A stretch of 64,000 nt of DNA from Blastocladiella emersonii ATCC 22665 (lineage: Eukaryota; Fungi; Blastocladiomycota): positions 1,957,496 through 2,021,495 of the forward strand of contig JANHCV010000006.1 in assembly GCA_025594325.1 (NCBI GenBank), written 5' to 3'. Both the position numbers and the translations under genes were made by a program. This document shows positions 1 to 12,300 of this stretch, piece after piece; position 1 is the first letter of the stretch; each line of letters starts with the position of its first letter. Below the pieces are notes generated by a model. The model was given only the letters and a program-made list of their open reading frames with translations, did not search any database and was not told the origin of the DNA.

Positions 1-1244
1 GAGGTCGGGGCGGCGGCGCACGTCGCGCGAGACCACGTCGGCGATCGCGTCGCCGTACGGGTGCGCCTCGTTGTACAGGACCACGTCGGGGCGCAGGGTG
101 CCCGTGGCGCGCGCGCGTTTCCCCTGGGCAGCGCGCTGGGTGGCCTCGGCCGCGCACGTCGGGCACGCGGGCGCGTCGCCGTCGCTGAAGACGGCGGCCA
201 GGTCAGACGTGAACGGGAAGGTCGCGCGGCACAGGTTGCACCGCACGGCCGACAGCGTGCCGTGCAGCTGCACCACCGTGTCGGCGACCGTGGGCGCCGA
301 GAGCTTGGCCGTGACGCTGGCGCGCGGCGGGCTCGAGCCGGCCGGCGCGTCCGACGAGAGCGAGATGGACGACGAGAGGCCGAGGTCGCTCATGCCGAGT
401 GTCGACAAGGGCGCCGTGTCGTCGGACTGCGAGTGCGGCGGCGACGGCGGGACGGCCGAGGCCGCAGACCCGGCGGCGAGCCCCGCAGGCCGGGTGGGCG
501 GGACGGGCGCGCCGACACCCGCGCGGTCCTCGAGCCCGTCAATGTTCTGGGTGTAGCAGCGCAGCAGCTTGCCCGAGGAGCTGAGGCGACGCAGAAAGTG
601 GTGGGCGGGCGTCGGGCGAGCGTCCTCGGCGGCGTCGCGCAGGCCCGCCATGAACGAGAAGAAGAGGCGGGTGGTCGGCTCGGCGCGGAAGACGCCGGCG
701 TCGAACAGGTCCTGGCCCTTGACCACGGTGCCCGGCGGCGCGTGCGTCTTGGCGAGGCGGTAGAGGCCGTCCTCGGAGCGGAAGTCCTACGTTGGGTGGT
801 GGCGAGGGGACGAGAGTGAGCGAGGGGCGTGGGACGAGGGAGAACGGGACGGTGTATGCAGTCGCCTCCGTCTCCGTAGACTCCTGAGCGAGGAGAATCC
901 CGTACAGGGATACCGGCCGAGACCGAGATTCCGGCGCCGGCAACCACGGCGACGCGCTTGGCGGCGTACAGCGCCTCGGCCGTTTCGCGGACAGCGAGCT
1001 CGAAGGCGGCCGACGCGGGCGTCAGCGCCACGGGCGCGGCGGGCGACGGCGCGACGACCACGGCGGGCGAGTTGCGGCGGCGAAGGTTGCGGTGACCCGA
1101 CTCGGGCGTCGGGGTGCCGGGCGGGACCAGGGCGGCGGCAGGGACGTCGTCGTCGAGGTCGAGGCGGACCCGGCGCGGCGTGGTTCGCGGCGGCGGGGCG
1201 GGGGCCGACGCAGGCGCCTTGCGCGGCGTGCGCTTGGACGCCAT
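1..1244 (-). CDS. Sir2-family NAD-dependent deacylase, Hst3/Hst4-like; 3' end runs off the window
   Basis: Exon 1 (1244-906) ends GAGISVSAGIP. Intron 905-787 (GTACGG..TAG). Exon 2 reads DFRSEDGLY..KGQDLFDA..YTQNIDGLE..VVQLHG..CNLC..CAAR..LRPDVVLYNE. The KGxDLFD and PDVVLYNE motifs fit the Hst3/4 subclass. Confidence 0.92.
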
Positions 1245-1870
1245 GGGGTTGCCGGAGGTGAGGAAAGGGGCGGAGAGTGTCGGGAGCCGGGCAGATCGCA
1301 GTGGGACGGGACGGTCTCGCGGCGGCGGGGCACGCTAAGGCGGGGCCAGTCGAGTTTCGCGCCGATGGCCGGCCTTCGTCGCAGGCGCGCGCAGGGCAGT
1401 GTGTCGCAGGCACAATGCAGCAAGTCGTGCGAGTGGGGTGGCCGTGCAGCTCACGCTAGACGGGCCGGGCCGCGGCCGCGGCCGCGAAGGACGTGGACGG
1501 CCTCAGCGACGACGGCGGCGACGGCGGCCCGTGCAACGTCTCCCGCTCCCTGGTCTCCCTCCTCTCCGCTCCTGCCTTGCGCTCAAATGGATCTCATGGA
1601 ACAGACCTGCCGCTTGATCGTGACTCAGTGGGACGTCAACTGCGCGTCGCGCCCGCGTTGAGGGGCGGACGTGACGGGCGGCGAGTCCGGGTGGCCGTGT
1701 CTCTCGGATGCCTGCCAGAGAAGCGTGGCCGCCGCCCCCGGCCGGCCGACTCTTGCGTCGTTCCTGATGCGACCTTCTCTGTGGCATGCGTGCCGGTGTG
1801 AGTTAGGGTGTCCGACTTCGTGGCTGCCGGATCGCGCGGGCCGAGGTGCTGGCCGCGTCGTGCTCAGTGT

Positions 1871-2367
1871 CAGGTGCTGCTCGAGGCCGAGGAGCTCACG
1901 TCGCAGCCCGACTACGTCGACGACTCGCCCGCCGTCGAGAACGACATCACCATCACCGACGCGTCGTTCGAGTGGGACGAGGGCGCCACGCTCTTCGACC
2001 ACGTCACGCTCGCCATCCCCAAGGGCGCGCTCGTCGCTGTCTGCGGGCCGGTTGGCTGCGGCAAGACGGCCCTTCTCTCGGGCATCGTCGGCGAGATGAA
2101 GCGCACGTCGGGCTCCGTCACCATCGCCGGCTCGCTGGCCTACTGCCCGCAGCAGGCGTGGATCCAGAACGCGACCGTCAAGGACAACATCCTGTTCGGC
2201 CGCGCCTTCGACGAGCAGCGGTACCAGCGCGCGATCCGCCTCGCGTGCCTCGAGCGCGACCTGCAGGAGTTCCCGAACGGCGACATGACCGAGCTCGGCG
2301 AGAACGGCGTCGGCGCGTCCGGCGGCCAGAAGCAGCGCGTCAACATTGCTCGCGCCATCTACGCCGA
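1871..2367 (+). pseudogene. Partial inverted duplicate of the NBD1 region of the ABCC transporter at 9325-13826
   Basis: Reverse-complement match to 11922-12418; 1964-2342 is identical to 12325-11947. Contains Walker A GPVGCGKT and ASGGQKQR, but no Walker B and no TMD. The frame continues into unrelated sequence and stops at 2476. Confidence 0.85.
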
Positions 2368-3500
2368 CGCGTCGCAGCTGCTCTTCGAGCGCGGCGAGCC
2401 GATCAACCCCATCTTCGTTTCATACCCTGCGCACAAGCTAGGGGCATGGAACAGGGGGGCTCCCTCGCCGTCTTGACGCTCAACTTCCCGCGAGATCGAC
2501 CGAACTAGGCCGCAGCCAGTACGCTCATCGAGTACGACCTGTTGATCCAGACGCGATCCAACACGGTATCGCACCACATGCATGTCAAGGCCTCCGCTTG
2601 TCGATACGTCTGCTTCGCCCAAGGTAGCCAACAAGGGCGAGGACTCTTCCTTGCCAACCAGCACGCGATGCTTCGCGCCCTGTTCTTTTCGCGCCTTGTT
2701 CGTTTCCAATACAGTAGGGGACTTGTTTTGCGTTCATAGCACAGTCGCTCCGCGAATGGCCGCCATGAGGAGCCGTCGGCGTGGTGGCGAACGATGCGGG
2801 CCGACGCGATGCGCCACGGAACGAGTCGCGGTCGTCAACCTGTGAGGCGCTGGTTCGCGGCGCGTCCGACTCCACGCGGGTCCATGGTCATGGCCACCGA
2901 GAGGCCGGAAAGTCGGAAACCGGTGCACCCTCGCGTCCATGACGGCAAAGCGGCCATGCAGGCGGCCATGGCCCGACTCGGGGTCGGGTTTTGAGCCACG
3001 GTGGCGCGGTGACAAGCCTCCCGACTCATGGCTAAGCCACTCGGACAGCGGCCGGCTCCGCCACACGGACAACATGTGTGACGGCGACCATGGCCATCAG
3101 CGCTCTTTCACCACTCATAACGTTGTGTGCGCTCCGTCGCCGATACCCGCTTCGCGGCGACCCATCCTCTCCGACTCGGTCCTACCACGCTCTACACACC
3201 ACCTCCACCACCAGCGCTCGCCGTGGTGTCGCCGACGCAAGACCGCAGTTAGACGCTCACCCGTCGCTCTCGCACAGCCTGGCGCTGTCCTCTCTCATCC
3301 CCGCCATCACCATTCCCTCGTCGGTGCAGCGTTGACGCTGTCCTCGACCGTGTGCCAACTCTCCCCTCGTCGGCAGTCAGTCGCAGCGATTGATACGCCC
3401 GACCCGGTCTGACCTCGACCACAACCGCAACACATCCAACCGTAATCGCAAGCAGGCCGGTCCTGCCGCATCATCCAACACCCCACCCAACTCGCCAAGC

Positions 3501-3982
3501 ATGGGCAAGGGCGGCTTTGCAGAGTGGGCTCAGTATCAGGGGCTCGGCGCAGGCGCCGCGCTCATCTGCGGAGGCCCACTGACCTTCTTCTACCCGCTGT
3601 GGTACCTCGGACCCTTTGGGCTGTACGTGTCCTGACATGGTCACCCTCGACAGACACGCTCGAGTCGTTGACCCTCCCGTTGATGCCGTGTAGCATCCTC
3701 GGCGCCATCGTCTTGTTGCTCGAGTGGCCCGTGGCCGGGGTTCCTGGCGTGCTCGGGGCAGCGTACGCCAAGTACTGGGTCCGCGGTTTGCTGTACGTGC
3801 TGCTGTCGGGCCCGTGCTACCTGCAGGCGGCGCTCCTCAACGGCGGCATGTTCCTGTCGTGCTGCGGGTTGACGTACCTGTTCGCGCACTCGCAGGGCGA
3901 AGAGTACAAGCCACCACGCGGGCGCGGCGGCGGCGGCGGCAAGGTGGCCCCGCCGCCGCGAGCGCAGGGCGAGAAGCGGTAG
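3501..3982 (+). CDS. p22phox (cytochrome b-245 light chain)/NoxD-like NADPH oxidase membrane subunit, 136 aa
   Basis: Exons 3501-3622 and 3694-3982; the 71-nt intron (GTACGT..TAG) joins them in frame. Protein: MGKGGFAEWAQYQGLGAGAALICGG..LLLEWP..YWVRGLLYVLLSGP..YLFAHSQGEEYKP with a Pro-rich tail. These blocks parallel p22phox (EWAMWA, LLEYP, YYVRAVLHLLLSVP, YLLAAVRGEQW) and fungal NoxD (MGK, EWP, YFWAYSEGE). Confidence 0.78.
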
Positions 3983-4149
3983 CCGGCGTGGCGCGCCCTC
4001 CTCGTTCGTGCCGGCTGGCCGTGTGCGCGTCGTGTGGGTGCCAATAAGATATCACTTTTTGCTCAGCTGCTGGCGTGTCTCGGGCGGGACGGGGCGAGGG
4101 GGGAAACGATCATGTTGAGGGCGAATGTGTACAGCGAGAAATCGGGCGG

Positions 4150-4563
4150 CTACTGCTCCATGGGGTCCGTGCCCAGCTTCTGGAACTCGGCGCTACATGA
4201 CACGGGGATGCGGTCAGCGGGGAGGTATCGCGGCGGTCGAGACGCGGAGCACGCACCGCAGCTGGTTGGAGAAGTCGTCGGTGGTCTCGTCGTCGTCCCA
4301 GTTGTCCTCCCACGCGTGGATCTCCTCCTTGTTCTCGTCGGCCTCGTTCCAGTCTGTGGACGGGCACGGTGAGCGGCGGTGCATTGGATCGACGGGCGAG
4401 CGAAGGACGCCGGCATACCCTCGATGGGGAAGTCCTCGAACTCGTCGTCCTCCTCGAGGATGCCGAGCGACGGCAGGGCGGGCTTGCCATCGGCGGGCTG
4501 CGCGGCGGCGGGCGCCGGGGCGGCGGCCTTGGCGGGCTGGGCGAACGAGGCGTTGTTGCTCAT
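4150..4563 (-). CDS. SEM1: SEM1/DSS1 26S proteasome lid subunit
   Basis: Exons 4563-4419, 4353-4257 and 4192-4150 give [37 protein letters not shown], the DSS1 signature. Both introns are canonical GT-AG. Confidence 0.95.
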   Translation of the reverse strand: MSNNASFAQPAKAAAPAPAAAQPADGKPALPSLGILEEDDEFEDFPIEGMPASFARPSIQCTAAHRARPQTGTRPTRTRRRSTRGRTTGTTTRPPTTSPTSCGACSASRPPRYLPADRIPVSCSAEFQKLGTDPMEQ

Positions 4564-4863
4564 TGCAGCGAGTGGGATGCGTGTGGTTGATGCGTAGCGT
4601 TCGTCGTTGCGGGTTGCGGGGGAGCGAGGCATAGGGTAGAGGCGAAGAAGCCGAGTCGCGTCGACGCGAGTGCGTCACGTTCACGCCGCCCACGCGATGT
4701 CCACACTTTTGCGGGCGAGCGCGTCGCGCCCTCATCCTCCCCCCACCCCGCCTAGAGATCCTTCACGGAACCCATGCAACTCGGTGCATTGCGCACCCGC
4801 CCCACGCATCTGCCTGCGCGCCGCGAGTGAGCCGCGAGAGAGCCCGCCCCCGCCCCCGCCACG

Positions 4864-7800
4864 ATGCCGTCCATCCTCAAGATCCGCGTCAACTGCGCGC
4901 GCGACCTGCCCGTCATGGACCGGTCGTCGGAGCTCGCTGACGCCTACGCCGAGGTCCGCTTCGGCGACCTCGACCCGCAGCGCAGCGGCATCGCCCGCAA
5001 GACCCTCAACCCCGTCTGGAACGTCGACTTCCGCTTCGAGGTCGCCGACGACAGCATGCTGCAGAACGAGCCGCTCGAGATCCGCGTCCTCGACTACGAC
5101 GCCATCACCGCCAACGACGCCGTCGGCTCCGTCCTCATCGATCTCGACCCGCTGCTGCAGCTCGACTCGGGCGTCGACGACCGCGTCGCCCAGATCTCGG
5201 GCTGGTTCCCGCTCTACGACACTTTGCGCGGCATCCGCGGCGAGATCCACGTCCAGGTCCGCCTCCAGTTCTTTGGCGACGCCAACCCCTTCAAGGACTC
5301 GTCGGCCGGCGTGCAGGTCCGTAATTTATCGTTTCTCGCGCTGTATGACGAAAATTAACCCATCCTACCGCGCAGTTCTTCACCAGCACCCAGGTCCCCG
5401 CCTGCTTCTCGCTCGACGCCATGACCGGCTTCGTCGACGCCCTCGTCGTTGACGACGACCCGGAGTACTCGGTCTACGACAACTTCCGCACCCCTCGCTC
5501 CTCCAACGAGGCCCGCCAGAAGCTCCTGTTCCGCCTCTCTGGCCAGCTGCGCCGCATGCTCGGCAAAAAGGCTCTCGAGATGCGCGCCAACGCCATTGTC
5601 GGCTTCAAGCAGTGCTTTGACCTCGAGAACCACAACAAGTCCATTGTCGGCCGCGCTATCGGCACCGCCTGCTTCGTCACCCCACTCGCCCGCGGCAACG
5701 CCGCCGCTGTTGCTCCCGCCAGTGATCCGCACGCGAGCACCTTCGCCGCCGCCTCGGCGGCCGCCGCGACCATGGAGCTCGACCCCAATACGGTCCGCGA
5801 GGAGCAGGAGAGTCTCGAGATCACCGCCGCCGAGACGCCCGCTTCCATGCAGCCGCAGCACCTCCTTCACCACCACCACCACTCGCAGTCGGCGACGGCG
5901 CGTCATTCCGGCTACACGCGCCAGCGCAGCCACAGCGCGACGGGACTCACGCCCAACGCCGCCTCGGCGCTCGCCCATCGCACCTCGGCCTCGGGCATTG
6001 ACCGCGGCCTGCCCACCGCCTTCTCGGACACGGTCGACTCGCGCCCGGCGCCCGGCGCCAACGGAGCCACCTACGATACTTCGGTCTCGACCAACGGCCT
6101 GCTCGGCAGCGGGCTCGTCCCGACTGGGCTCTCGTCGAACGGATCGCCCGCGGGCTCGCTCGCCATCGCCACGCAAACCGCTACCGCGTCTGCCTCAGCA
6201 ACTGGATCCGGCCACCACGTCGGCCCGCATCACGCGCCAGGCACCGTGCGCCCGTCCACGAGCGCGACCGCGTCCCACGACCTCGACTCGCCGTCGACGC
6301 CGACCCTCGGACCGCTGCGCCCGCTGCCGTCACCCACGCTCGGCGCCACCGCCAGCGGCGGCGGACCGCTCAGCCCAAAGTCGAGCGCCATGAACGCATC
6401 CGCCAGCGCCGCCGTCGCGCGGCGCGAAAGTCGGCGGCGCGGCCGGCGGCGTCGCGGGGATGTGGGGTGGCTCGAGCAGCCGGTCCAACTCACCACCATG
6501 ATGGGTTTCCCGGGCCACAGCGTGGTGCGCGTCGGCGGCGTGGTCGGCGCCAAGAGCGTCAAGCTGCTGAGCGGGTGGGACGAGGCGCTCGCCCACACGC
6601 GCGATCTGTGGTGGCAGGAGCTGCGCGAGGAGATCAAGGCCCACGCCAAGAACCTGCGCTGCTCGCACGTCCTTGGGTACCGCGAGACCACCAGCGTCCA
6701 CGACGACCTCGTCGTGCTGTCCGCCTCGGGCACCGCGGCCAACCTCGACCTCGAGCACGACTCGGTGCCCTGCCGCATCGCCCACGTCCCGTACCCGCGC
6801 GCGCCGACGCCGTTCCCCATGGGTTTCGCCGTCTGCGCCGGATGCCGCCGCCGCCACGTCCCGCAGCTCCTCATGGCGACTATCGACCCACCCGCCGACC
6901 TCCCCGTGGCTGGGCCCGGCACGCTCGTTGAGGCGCACGTGTACCGCGCCAAGAAGCGCAAGGACGGCGAGACCAACGCCGCCAACGTCTCGGACGCGAT
7001 CCCGTTCGCCGAGTACGACCTGCACAAGCAGCTGCTCGGCCGCATGCGCGCGCTCGGGTGCAACGCCCTGTTCGGGCTCCAGGTGCAGCTCGCCATGGGC
7101 GATGAGTTTCTCGTGGCGGTCGCGACGGGCACCGCGTACCGTCTGCCGTTCCTGCCCTCGTTTGGCAACGCACCGGGCGATCTCGCTGGCGGACCCGCGG
7201 CAGCGTCGGGCGTCCCACCCGGGAGCGGCGACGATGACTCGTCTGACTCGGACGACGATTCGGTCGTGTCGGGCCTCAGCGGCGGGAACGCCGGTGCTAC
7301 GGCAGCAGGAGGCCTGACAGCGGGCACCGCGGGCGTCGGGTACTCAACGTCGGCCGCCGCGCAGGGCTCCGAGTGCAACGCGGCGATCCTCGACGCCGAG
7401 GAAGCCATGGCGGGGATCGACCTCACGCCGGGCCTCCTATCGCCACAGCTCTACAACGGCGCACCACCAACTGCGCAGGTACCCGGTGGCGGCCCGCTGT
7501 TCCGGCACCAGCTCGTCCTCGCGGTGCGGCAAGTCACGCTCGGCCGACCCGCCGCCGGGTACGCGTACGGGGGCGGTCCGTCCGCAGGACTTCACGGCGC
7601 GGCAGCGGGCGGTGCGGGCGGTGCCAGTGGCGGACTCGGCGGCGGTGCGGGCGCCATCGGGACGCTCGGCGGCGTGTCGACGACGGACGCGTACCACCAC
7701 CAGCTCGCGGCCGTCCTCCAGGCCATGTACACGCAGGTCGCGCTGCGGCAGGCGTTCCTGCACCCGGCGATCATTGCCGGTATCACGCACGACATCTCGG

Positions 7801-8960
7801 TCGTGTCGTCGACGCAGATCCAGGTGCGCATGGCGGGGATCGTCATGGGCCGGCTCGACGTGCCCGAGGATTGGGGCATCGACGTGGCCGCGGCGACGCG
7901 CGGCGCGCTCTCGCCATCGGCCGATGTCGCGGCGGCGGTGACGCAGTCGGGCGGGCTCGCGTCAACCAGCGGGTGGTGGGGCGAAGCCGCCGGCGGCGGG
8001 CGGCGGCAGCAGTCGTCGTCGAGCTGGGGCGATCCGGTTGGCGGAAGCTACGGCGGTGGGACCGCGCTCCTCTCGCCGCCGCCGCTCGAGCTGCCGGGCG
8101 CTGCTGGCGCCATGGGATCGACCGCTACGGGGCTCTCGTCGGCGCAGGTGCAGGCCATGGAGCAGCTGATCGACGAGGAGGTGGTGTTCGAGACGGACGA
8201 GAACGAGTGGGCCGGAAACGGCACGGGGGTGGTCCCGCGCGTCTCCAACGCGTCGAGCCACGCAGTGCGGCCACGGTCCCGGTCGCGCACCCTCGACACG
8301 GCGCTCCCGCCACCACTGCTCAGCCCGACACTCGCGCCCATGTCGACGGCGGGTCTCGCGAGCCAGTACCCGGGTCTCGCCGAGCTCATGGGCGGGATCG
8401 GCGGGATGGGTTCGGCGCCGCCGGTTGAGATCACGCCGCTCGCAACGATCCCGCACACGCGCCCCACGGCGTACCTCGGCCGGCTCGCGCTGCATTTCGT
8501 CAAGGAGACGTCCGAGCACCACGCGCACCACCACGGTCACTACGGGCACCACCAGTACGGCACGCACCCGCACTACACGGGCGGGCCCATGGGCTCGTCG
8601 TCGCTCGCCAACCCGCTCGGGCTCGCGGCCGAGCCGTTCCCGACGGGCGACGACGACGACCACGAGTCGGACGGCATGGGCGCGTTCGTGCAGCTCGCGT
8701 GGACCGAGATCCTCGCTGTCGTCGCGGCACACGTCCAGGCCATGGGCGGTAACGCCCTCGTCGCGTTCCGCGTCGAACACTCGGGATTCCACGAAACCAT
8801 CAAGAACCAGGCGTACGCGCTCGTGTGCGTCTCGGGCGATGTGTGTCTCGTGAAACCCGCGGTATCGGCGGCCACGGCGGCGGCGGTGCCAAGGACCGGC
8901 GCGGCCGAGTCGATCTTCTCGCGCGAGTCCGTGGTCATGTCGCCGAACGGAAGGGATTGA
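4864..8960 (+). CDS. C2 domain-containing protein 5 (C2CD5/KIAA0528)-like
   Basis: N-terminal C2 domain (LKIRV..RDLPVMDRSSELADAYAEVRFG..ANDAVG..GWFPLYDTLRGIRGEI). Intron 5317-5375. Then DDDPEY..FRTPRSSNEARQ..GKKALEMRANAIVGFKQCFDLE, closely matching animal C2CD5. Later repeats resemble YbjQ-like domains (GGNALVAFR). Confidence 0.88.
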
Positions 8961-9324
8961 ACGACGTCGTTGTACTTGAAGCAGAAACTCATACACGGAG
9001 CATGGTCATTGCACTACGAACGGAGGACTTGGTTCTGCAAGGAAGCATGTCGACCGCGCTCACGTTCAGGGCAGGGAAGACGAGCAAGCCGAGCGAGGTC
9101 AGAGCACCTCGCCCCCTTGGTCAGAGAGCAAGCCGAGCGAGATCAGCGATACGATCACGCTTGAGTGTGGCGCGTCGCGTCTCACGCATCGAGAACTCAG
9201 GTCGATGCTCTAACACAAGGAAGATCGTTAATACAGGGCAAGGCGTATAATTTATCGAAACAAGGCAACAAAAATTCAAGACACACTCGCCCACGGCGCG
9301 AGCAGGATGGGGTATTGATTGCTT

Positions 9325-12300
9325 CTACAGCTCGAGGTCGAGGTCGAGCTTCTTCTCGACGGCGAGGCGGCGCAGCAGCGCGGCGTTGGCGGGGCCGGTC
9401 TCGTCGACGAGCGCCGTGAACAGCGACTCGGGGCACGACAGGAGCTCGGCGGGCGACGCGAGCTCGGCGACACGGCCGTGGTCGAGCACCAGGACATAGT
9501 CGTAGTCAATGATCGTATTGAGGCTACGGAATGAGGGGTTAGTTGCGATTCGGGAGCAGTTAACGAGTCGAAGCGAGCGTACCGATGGGCGATGGTGATG
9601 ACCGTCGCGTGCACAAAGTCGCGGCGGATGGCCGTCTGGATCAGGCGGTCGCCCTCGACGTGCACGCTGGCCGTGGCCTCGTCCTATTCGTTGCGAAGGG
9701 AGGAACGAGTGAGTAGCGCGGTCGAATCAAGTCAAAGAGAAGCGGACGCGTACCATGACCAGGACGTTGGCGCGGTGCACCATGGCGCGCGCGAGGCACA
9801 GGAGCTGGCGCTGGCCGACCGACAGGTTCTCGCCGCCCGTCGAGATGGGTGCGTCGAGCTTCTCGGGGAGCGTCTGGACGTAGTCGTAGAGACCGGCCGA
9901 CTTGAGGCTACACACGCGACGGCGGGCACGCGAGTCAGACCGAGTTCTCGCGAGCCGCGCGATATGAAGAAGACGGACCAAGCCCAGATCTGCTCGTCGT
10001 CGGCGGAGCCCTCGCGGTCAATGTTGGACCGGATGGTGCCCGAGAACAGGACGGGCTCCTGCGGGATGATCTTCATGCGCTTGCGCAGGTCGTGCAGGCC
10101 GATCTTGGCAATGTCGACGCCGTCGATGATGATGGAGCCCTCCATGAGCTCGACGAGGCGGAACAGCGCGATGAGCGTCGTGGACTTGCCCGATCCCGTG
10201 CTAGTCGCGGGTCACGGCGGGAGGGTCAGTTCATGGCCGAGTCGAGCGAGCGAGCAGAGAAAAAGGCGTACCGGCCGACAATGGCGAGCTTGGAGCCCGC
10301 GGGGATGGTGAACGACACGTCCTTGAGCACGGGGTCGAGGCCCTCGCGGTAGGCCATGGTCACGTTCTTGAACTCGATCTCGCCGTGCTCGGGCCACGAC
10401 GCCGACGGCGGCCGCACGTCCGTGACGAGCGGCGGCTCTTGGGGGATGCGATAGGCGATCTCCGACACGCGTTCGACCGAGTTAAGCTCGACTTCCGTTT
10501 GCGCGACCTGGCGGACCATGAGGTTGAGGACGCCCGTGACCGACAGAGAGTAGCTGAGCGAGAGCGAGAGCGTGGCCACCGACGTCGAGCCGTTGGCGGC
10601 GGCCATGACCGAGAAGACACCCGATGCGAGGACGAGGCAGGCGCCAATGGACTCGAGACGGATGCTGAGCCAGCGCGACGCGCACTGGAGCATCCAGAAC
10701 GGCCGGTTGTTGAGGTCGATGAGGTCGCGGCTCGCCGTGAGGAAACGAGTCTCCTCGCGGTAGGCGCGAATCGTGGACAGGCCAGAGAGGGAGGAAGAAA
10801 AGAGGGAGAAGAGAGGAGACCGGGTGATGGAGTCGAGGCGCTTGATCTCGCGACTGGTCGCGCGGTACAGGAGCTGGATGAACCAGTACACGACGAGGAG
10901 CGGGACGAGCGGGGCGGCGAAGATTGGGGTCGCCGAGATCATGAGGCCGAGCGTGGAGAGGGTCCCACCAATGGCGATGAGCAGCAGGCGGATGGCGTCG
11001 GGCAGCGTGTTGTCGCCCGACTCGGTGTCCTTGCTGAAGCGGTTGACGATCTGGCCGAGGGTGTGCGTGTCAAAGTAGGACATGGGCGAGCGGAGGACGC
11101 TGAACACGGCCTCGCGGTGAAGCGAACGAGATGCGCGAACGCCGGCGAAGGCGAACGTGGTGCCGAAGATGAGCGCCGTGAAGCACTGGCCGATACCGCC
11201 GCCAAAGTAGACGTAGAGGTACGTGTCGGTGGAGAGGCCGTACGAGTCCTGTGTCCAGTCCTTGAGCCACAGGTCGGTGAAGAGACGGGCACCGGTGTTG
11301 AGGGCGAGCAGCAGCATGATGACCAGAACGGTCCCGACGCCGCCCATGGCCTTGATGTACGCGACGATGACACCGGTCTCGACGGTGCCCGTGGCGCGCT
11401 CGTCCTCCTGCATGAGGGCGCCGGGCGCGGGCTTGGCCACGGCGACGGCCGCCGCCTCCTCGTCCTCGTCGGCCTCCTCGATGGCGGCGGCCGAGAGCAT
11501 GGCCGACGCGAGCGACCCGTTGGACATGCGCTTGATGGAGGCGACGAGCGACGCGTGCGACTCGCGACGACGTGCACGCTCGGCCTGGGCCTCGGCCAGC
11601 TTGGCGGCCGCCGCGGGGTCGGTGAAGGTCGAGACGGCCGACGACGCGTCCGAGTCCGTGTCGGCGCCACCAAACGTGCGCATCTGCTCGGCAAACTCGC
11701 CGTTGGCCTGCATGAGCTCCTCGTAGGTGCCGAACTCGGTAATGGTGCCGAGCTCCTTGAGGTAGATGACGTAGTCGCACTTGGGCACGTAGTGGAGCGC
11801 GTGCGTGACCAGGACGCGAGTCTTGCCCTTGAGGGCCTCGCAGATGGTGTTTTCGAAGACCTTCCGACCGATGTGGGCGTCTAGGGCAGAAATTTGATCA
11901 TCCAGCAGATAGCTGTCGCAATCGGCGTAGATGGCGCGGGCGAGGCTGACGCGCTGCTTCTGGCCGCCGGACGCGCCGACGCCGTTCTCGCCGAGCTCGG
12001 TCATGTCGCCGTTCGGGAACTCCTGCAGGTCGCGCTCGAGGCACGCGAGGCGGATCGCGCGCTGGTACCGCTGCTCGTCGAAGGCGCGGCCGAACAGGAT
12101 GTTGTCCTTGACGGTCGCGTTCTGGATCCACGCCTGCTGCGGGCAGTAGGCCAGCGAGCCGGCGATGGTGACGGAGCCCGACGTGCGCTTCATCTCGCCG
12201 ACGATGCCCGAGAGAAGGGCCGTCTTGCCGCAGCCAACCGGCCCGCAGACAGCGACGAGCGCGCCCTTGGGGATGGCGAGCGTGACGTGGTCGAAGAGCG

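Noticed and set aside
4150-4632. 160-aa ORF reading through both SEM1 introns
   Set aside because: Intron lengths of 65 and 64 nt sum to a multiple of three, so the frame is regained by chance; the middle exon is read as nonsense.
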